DNA of 63,968 nucleotides from Candidatus Planktophila sp. (GTDB lineage: Bacteria; Actinomycetota; Actinomycetes; Nanopelagicales; Nanopelagicaceae), in NCBI GenBank assembly GCA_964202795.1, contig CAXNJS010000001.1, forward strand, positions 1-63,968, given 5' to 3'. The stretch's first letter is position 1; each line of letters starts with the position of its first letter. Below, piece by piece: positions 16,631 to 27,595 of the stretch. A program made the position numbers and the translations under genes. The notes beneath the pieces are model-generated. The model saw only the letters and a program-made list of their open reading frames with translations. It was not told where the DNA came from and did no database searches.

Positions 16631-18124
16631 ATGTTGCGACCACACGATACAATTTCTGGAAGAACTCTTCGTGCGGTCGGTGAACTTACTTCAGCACTTT
16701 CAAAGTATTCAGAGCTAGAAAATATCACGATCACGGGAGTTTCAATTGATTCACATCAAATTGAGGCTGGTGATTTATTTGTCGCAGTTGCTGGCGCTAA
16801 AGTTCACGGGGCAACTTATGCAGGTAATGCAAAACTAAATGGTGCCATTGCAGTTCTCACTGATGATGTGGGCGCTGCCTTAATTACTGATATGCCAGTT
16901 TTAGTAGTTGCTGATCCTCGAGCAAGTGCAGGCGTGATTGCAGCTTGGTTACATAATGAACCAATGCGTGACATGTTTAGCGTTGGCGTAACAGGCACTA
17001 ATGGTAAAACCACGATAACGACACTGCTTCACCAAATCGCAATGGCCGCTAGCCGGCAAAGTGGCTTAGTCGGAACCGTGGAAACTCGAATTGGTGCTGA
17101 AATTGTTGAATCACTTCGTACTACCCCTGAGGCTCCGGAACTGCAATCTTTAGCCGCCGTAATGCGTGAGCGGCACATGCGTAATTTATTTGTGGAAGTT
17201 TCTAGCCACGCGGTTTCGCTAAATCGGATCGGTGGTTCACATTTTGATATTGCTGCCTTTACTAATTTGTCCCAAGATCACTTGGATTTTCATGCCGATA
17301 TGGATTCATATTTTGCCGCAAAAGCTGCGCTATTTACCTATAAATATGCCGATACTGCCTATATAAACATTGACTCCGCATGGGCAGTGAAGCTATTAGA
17401 AATTCAAGAACTGCCAGTAGTTTCAATTTCACGCAATACGAAGTCTGCAGATTGGTATTTTGAGCGAATTGAAGTTGGGGTTCACGATACGGCGATTGCA
17501 ATTAGAGGGACTGGCGGAATATTGATTGAAACTACTACAAAATTAGTGGGTGATTTCAATTTAGATAATTTGTTAATGGCGATAGCAATTTCTGTCGCAA
17601 GCGGCATTGACCCAATCGATATTGCAGCTATTACGCCATCGCTAACCGGAGCTGAAGGACGGCTCGAGAAAGTTGATTTGGGCCAGTCATTTACAGCGCT
17701 AGTTGACTATGCGCACTCGCCAGATTCAGTAATTCGAGTCTTAGAATCTTTGCGGGAAAGTGCTGCCGGAAAAGTTATTGCAGTTCTAGGATGCGGTGGT
17801 GACCGTGATAAGAGCAAGCGACCTTTAATGGGTGCTGCACTATTAGCAGGCGCTGATGTTGCAATATTTACCAGTGATAATCCACGGAGTGAAGATCCAG
17901 CCCAAATCATAAAAGAGATGGTTTCTGGTTTAACTCTGCCAGCTACAAGCTCAATCGAACTTGATCGTAAACGAGCAATTGAAATAGCAGTAGCTGCCGC
18001 AAAAACTGGTGATGTCGTTGTAATACTTGGAAAAGGACATGAACCGGGCCAAGAGATTGCCGGCATAAAACATAACTTTGATGATCGCCTAGTACTAGCG
18101 GCTGCAATAGAGGCAACACCATGA
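16631..18124 (+). CDS. murE: UDP-MurNAc-Ala-Glu--meso-DAP ligase
   Basis: GVTGTNGKTT, TTPE, EVSSH, DYAH, DNPR (DAP-type) and GKGHE motifs. Confidence 0.95.
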   Translation: MLRPHDTISGRTLRAVGELTSALSKYSELENITITGVSIDSHQIEAGDLFVAVAGAKVHGATYAGNAKLNGAIAVLTDDVGAALITDMPVLVVADPRASAGVIAAWLHNEPMRDMFSVGVTGTNGKTTITTLLHQIAMAASRQSGLVGTVETRIGAEIVESLRTTPEAPELQSLAAVMRERHMRNLFVEVSSHAVSLNRIGGSHFDIAAFTNLSQDHLDFHADMDSYFAAKAALFTYKYADTAYINIDSAWAVKLLEIQELPVVSISRNTKSADWYFERIEVGVHDTAIAIRGTGGILIETTTKLVGDFNLDNLLMAIAISVASGIDPIDIAAITPSLTGAEGRLEKVDLGQSFTALVDYAHSPDSVIRVLESLRESAAGKVIAVLGCGGDRDKSKRPLMGAALLAGADVAIFTSDNPRSEDPAQIIKEMVSGLTLPATSSIELDRKRAIEIAVAAAKTGDVVVILGKGHEPGQEIAGIKHNFDDRLVLAAAIEATP

Positions 18125-19512
18125 TCAAATTATCAGCCCGCGAAATATCACTAATTGTTAGTGGCTCACTTCATGGTGATGAAAACATTATGGTCACGCA
18201 TGCACCAGTTTTTGACTCTCGTAGAGCTAAAGTCGGGTCACTCTTTCTGGCTTTAGTTGGCGAAACTGCCGATGGTCATAATTTTTGCGCTGATGCCTAC
18301 GCAAATGGAGCAGTATTGGCACTAACTACCAAAGTAGTTGATCAACCTTGCGTAGTCGTCTCAGACGTTATGCAGGCGGTGGCCGATCTAGCCAAATTTG
18401 CCCGTGTGCAGTTAGAAAATTTAACCGTTATCGGAATCACTGGTTCTCAAGGTAAAACCACCACCAAAGATCTGCTGAATTATATTCTTTCCTCGGTCGG
18501 TGAAACTGTTGCACCAGTTGGTTCATTCAATAATGAATTAGGTGTACCTCTGACGATATTGGAATGCAATGAGCAAACTAAGTACTGCATTGTCGAAATG
18601 GGTGCTCGTCATATTGGGGATATTTCAGCACTTTGCGAAATCGCTAAGCCAAGCATTGGCGCAGTTCTAAAAGTTGGCAACGCCCACATAGGCGAATTTG
18701 GCTCTCGCGAAGCAATTGCGCAAGCTAAATCAGAGTTAATAACATCGCTGGTCAGCGGCGGTACGGCGATCCTGGGAACTTACGATCAATTTACACCTGC
18801 CATGAAAGTTGCCGATGGGGTAGCAGTTCTTACTTTTGGTGAGCGCAGTGATTGCAATGTGCGGGCAGCAGATGTTGAGATTCGTGAAGGTCGTCCGCAC
18901 TTTGATCTAGTTACAAAATCTGGTCGAGCAGCCGTTGGCATGCGTCTTGTCGGATTACATCAAATTCCTAATGCGTTAGCGGCAGCAGCAATCTCAAGTG
19001 CGCTGGGCTTATCTGCAGATCAGATTGCTGGTGCTCTTTCAATGGCAGAACTTGCCAGTAAGTGGCGAATGGAAATTTTTGAATTAGAAGGTCGATTGAT
19101 GATTAATGATTCATACAACGCTAACCCAGAATCAATGGCTGCTGCGCTAAGAACCCTGGCTCTTTTTGCCCAGGAACGTGGTGGATCAGCTTGGGCAGTT
19201 TTAGGAAAAATGCATGAATTAGGAACATCTGAGAAATCAGACCATGCCGATATCGGAAAATTGGTTAACGATTTAGCTATTGATCATCTACTTACCGTTT
19301 CAGCACCTTCTTATGGCCAAGGAGTTCCAAGTAATAGCGAAACTAAGGTGCATGAGTTCCTTGATAAAAATTCAGTAGTTTTACTTTTAAATGAGATGCA
19401 ATCTGGTGATGTGCTGCTGGTGAAAGCTTCCAGAGCCGAACATTTTGAGGAAATAGCCCAAGAAGTAGCAGTGAACTGGCAAACTGAGGCAGGAAAGAAG
19501 GATGACGAATAA
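18121..19512 (+). CDS. murF: UDP-MurNAc-tripeptide--D-Ala-D-Ala ligase
   Basis: GITGSQGKTTTKD, NNELGVP, NDSYNANPES and KASR motifs. Confidence 0.95.
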   Translation: MIKLSAREISLIVSGSLHGDENIMVTHAPVFDSRRAKVGSLFLALVGETADGHNFCADAYANGAVLALTTKVVDQPCVVVSDVMQAVADLAKFARVQLENLTVIGITGSQGKTTTKDLLNYILSSVGETVAPVGSFNNELGVPLTILECNEQTKYCIVEMGARHIGDISALCEIAKPSIGAVLKVGNAHIGEFGSREAIAQAKSELITSLVSGGTAILGTYDQFTPAMKVADGVAVLTFGERSDCNVRAADVEIREGRPHFDLVTKSGRAAVGMRLVGLHQIPNALAAAAISSALGLSADQIAGALSMAELASKWRMEIFELEGRLMINDSYNANPESMAAALRTLALFAQERGGSAWAVLGKMHELGTSEKSDHADIGKLVNDLAIDHLLTVSAPSYGQGVPSNSETKVHEFLDKNSVVLLLNEMQSGDVLLVKASRAEHFEEIAQEVAVNWQTEAGKKDDE

Positions 19513-20583
19513 ATGAGACAGATCCTAATCTCGGGTGCGGTAGCGCTCTTCTTTGCTTTATTCGGCACCCCAGTGTTGATTCGTCTGTTGGCTAAGCGCG
19601 GTTATGGTCAAATCATTCGAGATGACGGCCCAAGTTCACACCACACCAAGCGCGGTACTCCAACCATGGGTGGCTTAATAATTATTTTCGCTGCTATAGC
19701 TGGATATTTATTAAGTCACGGAATAACTCAGACAGCAATGACTGTGTCGGCGCTATTAGTTATTGCTTTGGTAATTGGGCTTGGCTTCATAGGCTTGTTA
19801 GATGACTGGCTAAAAGTTTCTCGAGAAAAATCTTCGGGGCTAAAAGGGCGATATAAAATTGTTGGGCAAGTAGTAATTGCAGCTATTTTCGGATATTTCG
19901 GAATTCAATTTGCTGATAGTGAAGGCTTAACACCAATCTCATTGAATCTATCAGCAGTTCGCGATACGAGTATTGTGCTAGGCGCTGTAGTGGTAATTAT
20001 TTGGATTTCCTTAATGGTTACCGCCACAAGTAATGGCGTTAATTTAACTGATGGTCTTGATGGTTTAGCAACCGGCGCTTCAGTGATGACTTTCTTGGCA
20101 TTTATTTTGATCGGAATATGGGAGTTTGGTCAAGGCTGTGCAATTGCAGCTGATGTAGCTAGCGGATGCTATTTAGTTCGGGATCCGTTGGACTTAGCGG
20201 TTTTGTCTGCCGCCCTTGCTGGCGCGTGTACCGGATTTCTTTGGTGGAATGCCTCGCCAGCTAAAATATTTATGGGTGACACTGGATCATTGGCACTCGG
20301 TGGCGCATTAGCTGGCCTAGCTTGCACATTGAGAGTTCAACTTCTCCTAATTCCACTCGGTGGACTTTTCGTAATTATTACGATGTCGGTAATTATTCAG
20401 ACGCTATATTTCAAAGCCACGGGTGGGAAAAGAATTTTTCGAATGGCGCCACTTCACCATCACTTTGAACTAAAAGGTTGGGGCGAAGTAACAATCGTGC
20501 TGCGCTTCTGGATCATTTCGGGCTTGTGTGTTGCCCTTGGTTTGGGCCTCTTCTATGCCCAATGGCTGAGCCTTGAGAGTTAA
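19513..20583 (+). CDS. mraY: Phospho-MurNAc-pentapeptide transferase
   Basis: [24 protein letters not shown] and APLHHHFE motifs. Confidence 0.96.
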   Translation: MRQILISGAVALFFALFGTPVLIRLLAKRGYGQIIRDDGPSSHHTKRGTPTMGGLIIIFAAIAGYLLSHGITQTAMTVSALLVIALVIGLGFIGLLDDWLKVSREKSSGLKGRYKIVGQVVIAAIFGYFGIQFADSEGLTPISLNLSAVRDTSIVLGAVVVIIWISLMVTATSNGVNLTDGLDGLATGASVMTFLAFILIGIWEFGQGCAIAADVASGCYLVRDPLDLAVLSAALAGACTGFLWWNASPAKIFMGDTGSLALGGALAGLACTLRVQLLLIPLGGLFVIITMSVIIQTLYFKATGGKRIFRMAPLHHHFELKGWGEVTIVLRFWIISGLCVALGLGLFYAQWLSLES

Positions 20584-20586
20584 AAC

Positions 20587-22035
20587 ATGTCTATTACTAC
20601 GCCAATGTCATCATTTAAGGTAACAACACTTTGCGGCGTAGCACTTGCTCAAGCGCGGCTGTTGGTACTTGGCGGTGGAGTCACTGGCCGATCGGTAGCT
20701 CAAGTTCTAAGCAATCTGGGTGCAGAAGTTTCAATTTATGATGAAAACGAGAGTGGCGAGTTCGAGTTTCCTCGAGTAACTCTTAATGAGTTATCCAATA
20801 TCAACTGGGTAGCTGCCGTTGTTTCACCAGGTTGGCGCCCTAGTCACCCGGTAATTGCTGATCTTAGAAACCGCGAAATCCCACTACTAAATGAAATTGA
20901 TCTAGCTTGGGAAATCAAGCAACAGGTGGCTCCGGAGCAAAAGTGGTTAGCGGTAACCGGTACTAACGGAAAAACTTCAACCGTCGAACTTGTCGAATCA
21001 ATTCTTAAGGCTGCTGGCATAAACGCTTTTGCCTGTGGCAATGTTGGAACACCAGTCATTGATGCGGTCGTATCTGAGCAAAAGTATGACTACTTGATTC
21101 TAGAATTTTCCTCGTTTCAGCTTCATTGGTCTGAATCCGCTGAATTTGTGGTGAGCTTGATTCTAAATATTGCGCTAGATCATATTGATTGGCATGGTTC
21201 TTTTTCTGAGTATGCAAAAGCGAAACTAGATTTACTGAGTCGTTCAGTCACTGCGATCCTAAATGGCGATGATGCAATGGTGGTTGAAGGCAGCCAACAC
21301 TGGCAGGGCCGAAAAGTTTTCTACACTCTGCAAACTCCTAAGCCAGGAGAAATTGGGTTGGTTGAAGATCTATTAGTTGATCGAGCCTTTGTATCAGATC
21401 CCATGGAAGCTGCCATGTTTTGTGAGTTAAATGAAGTGCAACCAACTGCGCCACATGCGGTTTCCAATGTATTAGCTGCCGCCGGATTATCGCGCGCTAT
21501 TGGAATCGACTATGAAGTAATACGTGGGGCAATAAAGAAATTTCGACCAGGGCGTCATCGCATCGAGTTAGTTTTAGAGCAGAACGGAATTCGTTGGATT
21601 GATGATTCCAAAGCAACTAACCCACATGCTGCCCAAGCTTCAGTAATGTCAGAGTTAAGCGTGGTGTGGATAGCTGGGGGACTAGCTAAAGGCGCCGAAA
21701 TGAGTGAACTGATTACTCAAGTGGGTTCACGTTTACGTGGCGTTGTACTGATTGGCGCCGATCGAGAATTAATCGCCCACGAATTGCAAAGCAAATTCCC
21801 GAACGTTGCCTTAATCCGAGTGGATCCAAAGCCTGGCCATGATAGATCCAGCGCGGATAATGATTTTATGAATCAAATAGTTACTGAGGCCAAACTTCTT
21901 GCTCAGGATGGTGACGCAGTACTTCTAGCGCCTGCCTGCGCGTCGATGGACCAGTTTGTTTCATACGGTGATCGCGGTGATCGCTTTGTTAAATCAGTTC
22001 GAGAAATAGTGGGTAAAAATGACAACGCAAGTTAA
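20587..22035 (+). CDS. murD: UDP-MurNAc-L-Ala--D-Glu ligase
   Basis: SPG, AVTGTNGKT, SSFQL, DDSKATN and APACASMDQF motifs. Confidence 0.95.
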   Translation: MSITTPMSSFKVTTLCGVALAQARLLVLGGGVTGRSVAQVLSNLGAEVSIYDENESGEFEFPRVTLNELSNINWVAAVVSPGWRPSHPVIADLRNREIPLLNEIDLAWEIKQQVAPEQKWLAVTGTNGKTSTVELVESILKAAGINAFACGNVGTPVIDAVVSEQKYDYLILEFSSFQLHWSESAEFVVSLILNIALDHIDWHGSFSEYAKAKLDLLSRSVTAILNGDDAMVVEGSQHWQGRKVFYTLQTPKPGEIGLVEDLLVDRAFVSDPMEAAMFCELNEVQPTAPHAVSNVLAAAGLSRAIGIDYEVIRGAIKKFRPGRHRIELVLEQNGIRWIDDSKATNPHAAQASVMSELSVVWIAGGLAKGAEMSELITQVGSRLRGVVLIGADRELIAHELQSKFPNVALIRVDPKPGHDRSSADNDFMNQIVTEAKLLAQDGDAVLLAPACASMDQFVSYGDRGDRFVKSVREIVGKNDNAS

Positions 22036-23191
22036 GCGCAGCAAGCTCCTTCAACCATTTAATACTTTTGCGCTCTTTGCCATCTGCGTAACAGCCTTAA
22101 GTATCTTAGGTTTGGTAATGGTTTTTTCGGCCTCGACTATTTATTCGACCAAAGTAAATGGAAATACTTACGGAACATTCGTCAGACAACTTGTATTTCT
22201 TATTTTGGCACTACCGATTGGTTGGGTAGCAGCTAAGTTACGCCTTAATTTATGGCGAGCGATTGGACGTATTTCACTGCTTGTTTCAATCGGCATGTTG
22301 GCTGTTTTACTAATTCCAGGTATTGGTCATGCTGTTAATGGAAACCGAAATTGGATTGGCATCGGACCTTTTGTGGTTCAGCCTTCGGAGTTTGCTAAGT
22401 TTCTGATGATTCTCTGGGCTGCGACCATGTTGGCACAGTATGAAAATGCCGGAGTCGTGCGAACAAATGTGTTGAAGCTAATTGTGCCTGGCTATTTTGG
22501 TGTTCTGGTATTTGTATTAGCTGGTAAAGATTTAGGAACTGCTGCAGTAATCGGTGCAACTATGGCTGGCTTACTTTTTGTTTCCGGAATCCCACTTCGA
22601 TTATTTGGCACGATCTCGGCTCTAGGTATGGCGGGCGTGAGTGTTCTCATTCTGAGTGCTCCATATCGAGCAGCACGATTCCTAGTTGTTTTTAATCCGT
22701 TCGCTGAAGGTGACTACAAGAATTTTGGTTGGCAACCGGCGCACAGTTTGATGGGTTTGGCTACTGGGGGGCTATTAGGTGTTGGCCTCGGAGCTAGTCG
22801 GCAAAAGTGGGGTTATTTAGCGGAAGCTCATACCGATTTTATTTTCTCAGTAATTGGTGAGGAACTAGGACTACTTGGAACTATCGGAACAATATTGCTT
22901 TTCTGTGGTTTGATTTTTGCCATTTTCCGAATTGCAATGCGCGCAAATGATCCAATGGTTAGATTTACTTGTGCTGGTATTGGTGTTTGGATCTCGATTC
23001 AATGCTTCTTTAATATTGGGTCAGCTATCAGTTTGGTGCCAGTTGTGGGCGTAACGTTGCCGTTGATTTCATATGGAGGCTCATCACTTATTTCTACTTA
23101 TTTGGCATTGGGCTTTGTCTTAGGTGCAGCTCTTCGTGATCCTGAGGTTGCTCGCGGAATTCGAGAATTTAGAAAGTCAAGTTCTAAATGA
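22019..23191 (+). CDS. ftsW: SEDS peptidoglycan polymerase FtsW
   Basis: QPSEFAK, EAHTDFIFSVIGEELG and GVTLPLISYGGSS motifs. Confidence 0.95.
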   Translation: MTTQVKRSKLLQPFNTFALFAICVTALSILGLVMVFSASTIYSTKVNGNTYGTFVRQLVFLILALPIGWVAAKLRLNLWRAIGRISLLVSIGMLAVLLIPGIGHAVNGNRNWIGIGPFVVQPSEFAKFLMILWAATMLAQYENAGVVRTNVLKLIVPGYFGVLVFVLAGKDLGTAAVIGATMAGLLFVSGIPLRLFGTISALGMAGVSVLILSAPYRAARFLVVFNPFAEGDYKNFGWQPAHSLMGLATGGLLGVGLGASRQKWGYLAEAHTDFIFSVIGEELGLLGTIGTILLFCGLIFAIFRIAMRANDPMVRFTCAGIGVWISIQCFFNIGSAISLVPVVGVTLPLISYGGSSLISTYLALGFVLGAALRDPEVARGIREFRKSSSK

Positions 23192-24258
23192 AGATAGTCC
23201 TAGCGGGGGCGGGCACAGCTGGACACATCGAGCCGGCTTTAGCTGTTGCCGACGCATGGCGACAAAAATTTCCTAAAAGTGAATTCGAGTTCGTTGGAAC
23301 GATGGCAGGTTTAGAAAACATTTTAGTCACTGGCGCTGGATACAAATTGACCACGATCCCAAAAGTAACTCTGCCTCGATCGCTAAGTCCTGCTGGACTC
23401 TTGGTACCTCTTAGGTTTGCTCAGGCGCTCTCAAAGTCGCTGCAGATAGTAAATGGCGCTGACTGTGTAGTTGGCTTTGGTGGATATGTATCGGCGCCTA
23501 TCTATCTAGCTGCTGCATTACGCAGAATTCCATTTGTGATACATGAAGCAAATGCCATCCCTGGTTGGGCTAATAAATTCGGAGCTTTTTTAGGCGGGGC
23601 AATGGCGGTGGGCAAGTCAGCCAAAACTGGGAAATTTAAAGGCGCAGAAGTTGTTGGATTGCCGCTAAAACCTGCAATTAGTGCTGCTTTGGACTTAGCA
23701 AAGAGTGATTGGCCGGCCGCACGAAGTTCTGCCAAAGCGAAACTAGGAATTAAATCCGGCAAACCTTTGATCCTGATAATGGGTGGCTCACAAGGCTCAG
23801 CTGCTATCAATTCAGTTGTGGCTAGCTCGCTATCAAATTTACTTACCGACTTCGAACTCCTGCATTCAGTCGGCGGCAAGAACCAACTGCCACTCGCAAG
23901 TGCTGGGTATCAACCAGTTTCCTATATTGAAGATATGGCTACTGCCTACTTGGCCGCTGATCTAATCATTGGGCGCAGCGGTGCGATAACTTGTGCCGAA
24001 ATTAACGCCTTAGGAAAATATGCGATCTTTATCCCACTTGCAATTGGTAACGGTGAACAAGCTCGCAATGCTGACTTCCTCATTGAACAAGGGCGCGCAG
24101 AGATAGTTCCACAAAGTGAATTCAGCGCACAGTGGCTCATTAAGAATATCTCTTGCGCTTTGGCGAAATCCCAAGAACTTATGGCTGGAAATGAAAGTGA
24201 TCGCGACGCTGCTGCAAATATTGTTAAGTTAATGCAACGTCATGCCAGAATTGCTTAA
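23188..24258 (+). CDS. murG: Lipid II GlcNAc transferase MurG
   Basis: GTAGHIEP, GFGGYVS, HEAN and GGSQGS motifs. Confidence 0.95.
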   Translation: MKIVLAGAGTAGHIEPALAVADAWRQKFPKSEFEFVGTMAGLENILVTGAGYKLTTIPKVTLPRSLSPAGLLVPLRFAQALSKSLQIVNGADCVVGFGGYVSAPIYLAAALRRIPFVIHEANAIPGWANKFGAFLGGAMAVGKSAKTGKFKGAEVVGLPLKPAISAALDLAKSDWPAARSSAKAKLGIKSGKPLILIMGGSQGSAAINSVVASSLSNLLTDFELLHSVGGKNQLPLASAGYQPVSYIEDMATAYLAADLIIGRSGAITCAEINALGKYAIFIPLAIGNGEQARNADFLIEQGRAEIVPQSEFSAQWLIKNISCALAKSQELMAGNESDRDAAANIVKLMQRHARIA

Positions 24259-25641
24259 ATGAAGCCGCTACTAACTTTGCCAGAGTTAATTGGTAAACGT
24301 GTGCACTTCATCGGTATTGGTGGAGCTGGCATGAGCGGTTTAGCTCGGATCGCACTTTCACATGGTATTAAAGTTTCTGGCTCTGATGCCAAGGACTCAA
24401 ATGTCGTAGTCGCACTCACTGCTCTGGGAGCACTGGTTTCGGTGGGACACCAGGGTGAAAACATTGACGGCGCAGATTTGGTGGTTTTCTCAACCGCTAT
24501 CTCGGAGAATAATCCAGAACGATTACGCGCGCTTGAATTGGGACTGCCGCTAATTGCTCGAGCAACTGCATTGGCACTTTTGATGTCAGAATCCAAAAGT
24601 ATCGCAGTAGCTGGTACGCACGGAAAAACTACAACATCCTCAATGCTCACTGTGGCGCTACAAGCAACGGGGGCTGACCCCTCTTTTGCAATTGGTGGCA
24701 CGTTTACCGCATCTGGCTCAAATGCACATCGCGGAACAGGTGATTTCTTTGTTGCCGAGGCTGATGAATCTGATGGTTCTTTTGTTGCCTATCATCCATA
24801 TGGGGCAATCATTACAAATATTGAACATGATCACGTTGACTACTTTGCTAACGAGGGCGCGGTTTTTGAAGCCTTCACAGATTTCATTGCGACAATAGAT
24901 AGTGAAGGCTTTTTGATTTACTGCAATGACGATAAAGGGTCTCGTAAACTTGGCAGTGCGGTTACCAATACTCGCACCTTTACTTATGGCACCTCACCAG
25001 ATTCTGATTTAGTTATTGATCAGATAACCCTATTACCCCTTGGTTCTAGCGCTCGCGCAATCTGGCATGGCAAAGTAATTGGCAAACTTGAACTAAATGT
25101 TCCTGGTCACCATAACTTGATGAATGCAGCTGCGGCGCTTGCTGCTGGAATAGTTCTAGATCAAGCCCCGGGTGAAATGATTTCTGGTTTATCAACCTTC
25201 AAAGGCGCAGGTCGACGCTTTGAAATAAAAGGCACGGTCAATGGGATTCGCGTTATTGATGACTATGGGCATCACCCAACTGAAATTGAGGTCACCTTAA
25301 CCGCAGCGCGTAGATTTGCGGGCGATGGCCGCCTAATAGTGGTCTTCCAACCGCACCGATACTCCCGAACTCAAGCTTTTATCGATGATTTTGCTGCCAC
25401 CCTAGATCTAGCTGATGAAGTAATTGTGCTCGAGATCTACGCCGCAAGTGAAAAACCAATAGCTGGAATTAGCTCAGAAGCGATCGTTGAAAAAATGAAG
25501 CGTGGCAAGTTCATTCCTAACTTTATTGACGCGGTTGAAGCAGTTGTTAAATCAGCAAAACCTGGTGATGTAGTTATCACTCTTGGCGCTGGCGATGTGA
25601 GTTCTCTAGCACCAATCATTGTGGAAGAACTAGATAAATAA
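24259..25641 (+). CDS. murC: UDP-MurNAc--L-alanine ligase
   Basis: HFIGIGGAGMSGLA, GTHGKTTT, EADESD and DDYGHHPTE motifs. Confidence 0.96.
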   Translation: MKPLLTLPELIGKRVHFIGIGGAGMSGLARIALSHGIKVSGSDAKDSNVVVALTALGALVSVGHQGENIDGADLVVFSTAISENNPERLRALELGLPLIARATALALLMSESKSIAVAGTHGKTTTSSMLTVALQATGADPSFAIGGTFTASGSNAHRGTGDFFVAEADESDGSFVAYHPYGAIITNIEHDHVDYFANEGAVFEAFTDFIATIDSEGFLIYCNDDKGSRKLGSAVTNTRTFTYGTSPDSDLVIDQITLLPLGSSARAIWHGKVIGKLELNVPGHHNLMNAAAALAAGIVLDQAPGEMISGLSTFKGAGRRFEIKGTVNGIRVIDDYGHHPTEIEVTLTAARRFAGDGRLIVVFQPHRYSRTQAFIDDFAATLDLADEVIVLEIYAASEKPIAGISSEAIVEKMKRGKFIPNFIDAVEAVVKSAKPGDVVITLGAGDVSSLAPIIVEELDK

Positions 25642-26310
25642 ATGTTCTTGCGAAAACATCGGCTCTTAACAGTTTTTGCAATTTTGCTGACTGCTGGCTT
25701 GGCCTACCTACTTGGTTGGTCCAATGTTCTAACTGTAAAAGAAATTAGTTATACCGGTGCTCCCACAAAAAATAGTGAGGCAACCATCAAGAACTTAGTA
25801 AATTTGGAGGTTGGTGAACGACTTGCTCGAATTGAAATGCGCAAAATTGCTGGGCGTATACAAACCTTGCCTTGGATTGATAACGCAGACCTTTCGCGCA
25901 ATTGGATTTCTGGAAAAATAGTTGTAGCAATTACGCCCCGGGTGCCAATTGCAACTTTTAACGGCCAACTGATGGATGCAAAGGGTAAGAGATTTGAGTT
26001 ACCCGGTGGCTATGAATCTGAATTGCCATCAGTTTTTGCCAAAGATGCTAAAAGTGGCCTAGCTGCCATCAATCTTTTTACGAAATTACCTGAAGAATTC
26101 TCAACCCGTACTTCAGTCTTTACCGCCTTTTCACCTGAAAATATTAATTTTAAAATTATTGAAGGTGATCGCTCACTAGAGGTTATTTGGGGAGCAGATA
26201 TAGAAGTTGATCTTAAACTCAAGGTATATAAGGCTTTAGTAGCACTGCCCGAGAATTCAAAAATTAGAAGAATTGATTTAACTGAACCTCGTTCTCCAAT
26301 TGTGAAATAA
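25642..26310 (+). CDS. ftsQ: Cell division protein FtsQ/DivIB (short)
   Basis: N-terminal TM, POTRA-like domain, C-terminal IDLTEPRSP; lies between murC and ftsZ. Confidence 0.85.
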   Translation: MFLRKHRLLTVFAILLTAGLAYLLGWSNVLTVKEISYTGAPTKNSEATIKNLVNLEVGERLARIEMRKIAGRIQTLPWIDNADLSRNWISGKIVVAITPRVPIATFNGQLMDAKGKRFELPGGYESELPSVFAKDAKSGLAAINLFTKLPEEFSTRTSVFTAFSPENINFKIIEGDRSLEVIWGADIEVDLKLKVYKALVALPENSKIRRIDLTEPRSPIVK

Positions 26311-26411
26311 ATTTTCCATCTAAAATAACTCAAATAAAAAAATAAAAAAGATGCGTGGCGGTCTTTGCCTACCAGCCTGACAAAGAATAGTTTCGCCTAT
26401 ATATCAGGCAT

Positions 26412-26442
26412 AACAGTGATTCTCAACTTGAGGTTTACTGTT
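26412..26442. promoter_or_regulatory. Inverted repeat upstream of ftsZ (FtsR-type site or RNA hairpin)
   Basis: AACAGTGATTCTCAA-C-TTGAGGTTTACTGTT imperfect palindrome just before the AGGAGG SD. Confidence 0.5.
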
Positions 26443-26459
26443 CTTTAGGAGGATTAAAA

Positions 26460-27593
26460 GTGGCTTCACCACAGAATTATTTAGCGGTCATCAAAGTAGT
26501 AGGTATTGGTGGCGGTGGAGTTAATGCAATCAATCGCATGATCGATGTTGGTTTAAAAGGTGTCGAGTTCATTGCAATTAATACTGATGCACAACATTTA
26601 TTAATGAGTGATGCTGATGTGAAATTAGATATCGGTCGTAAATCAACAAAAGGTCTTGGTGCAGGTGCTGCACCCGAAAAAGGACGTGAGGCTGCCCTAG
26701 ATCACCAAGATGAGATCGAAGAAATTTTGCGCGGTGCGGATATGGTTTTCGTAACTGCGGGCGAAGGTGGCGGCACTGGTACAGGTGGCGCTCCAGTTGT
26801 TGCAAAGATTGCTCGTGATCTAGGAGCTTTAACAATTGGTGTAGTTACTCGGCCATTTAGTTTCGAGGGCAAGATTCGCCAGTCACAAGCAGATATCGGA
26901 ATTGAAGAACTTCGCAGCGAAGTAGACACTCTGATCGTTATTCCTAATGATCGCTTGCTAGCAATTAGCGATCGCAGCATTACTGCAGTAGATGCGTTTA
27001 GATCAGCGGATCAAGTTTTGCTTTCTGGTGTTCAAGGAATTACTGAAATTATCACGCAACCTGGATTAATTAACTTGGACTTCGCAGATGTTAAAACGGT
27101 TATGACTGATGCTGGATCAGCACTGATGGGTATCGGTTCTGCTCGTGGTGAAGATCGTGCTCGCCGTGCTGCTGAACTTGCGATTTCAAGTCCGCTACTT
27201 GAAACTTCAATAGATGGCGCCATGGGTGTCTTGTTATCAGTTGCCGGCGGATCAGACCTAGGTCTCTTTGAAATTAATGAGGCTTGCGAACTTGTACAAG
27301 CAGCAGCGCATCCAGATGCACGCATTATTTTCGGCACCACAATTGATGACGCACTGGGCGATGAGGTCCGTATAACTGTTATCGCAGCTGGCTTCTCTGG
27401 CGGTGAGCCAAAGAAGGTTTCAGTTCCAGTAATTAATGCTGCCGCCCTTTCAGGCAATGCCGATCCGCTTCCCACCAATGACCCAATCTCAGTAGCACTT
27501 GATCTAGATGGCGATCGTCCATTGCGCCCACGCGTAAAGTTTGAAGAGCTCGTCTCTGAAGATGATATTGATGTACCTGACTTTATGAAGTAG
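26460..27593 (+). CDS. ftsZ: Cell division protein FtsZ
   Basis: GGGTGTG tubulin signature, NLDFAD, C-terminal DIDVPDFMK; GTG start. Confidence 0.98.
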   Translation: MASPQNYLAVIKVVGIGGGGVNAINRMIDVGLKGVEFIAINTDAQHLLMSDADVKLDIGRKSTKGLGAGAAPEKGREAALDHQDEIEEILRGADMVFVTAGEGGGTGTGGAPVVAKIARDLGALTIGVVTRPFSFEGKIRQSQADIGIEELRSEVDTLIVIPNDRLLAISDRSITAVDAFRSADQVLLSGVQGITEIITQPGLINLDFADVKTVMTDAGSALMGIGSARGEDRARRAAELAISSPLLETSIDGAMGVLLSVAGGSDLGLFEINEACELVQAAAHPDARIIFGTTIDDALGDEVRITVIAAGFSGGEPKKVSVPVINAAALSGNADPLPTNDPISVALDLDGDRPLRPRVKFEELVSEDDIDVPDFMK

Positions 27594-27595
27594 AA

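Noticed and set aside
25642-27593. No ftsA between ftsQ and ftsZ
   Set aside because: Actinobacteria generally lack FtsA and use SepF, which is present.
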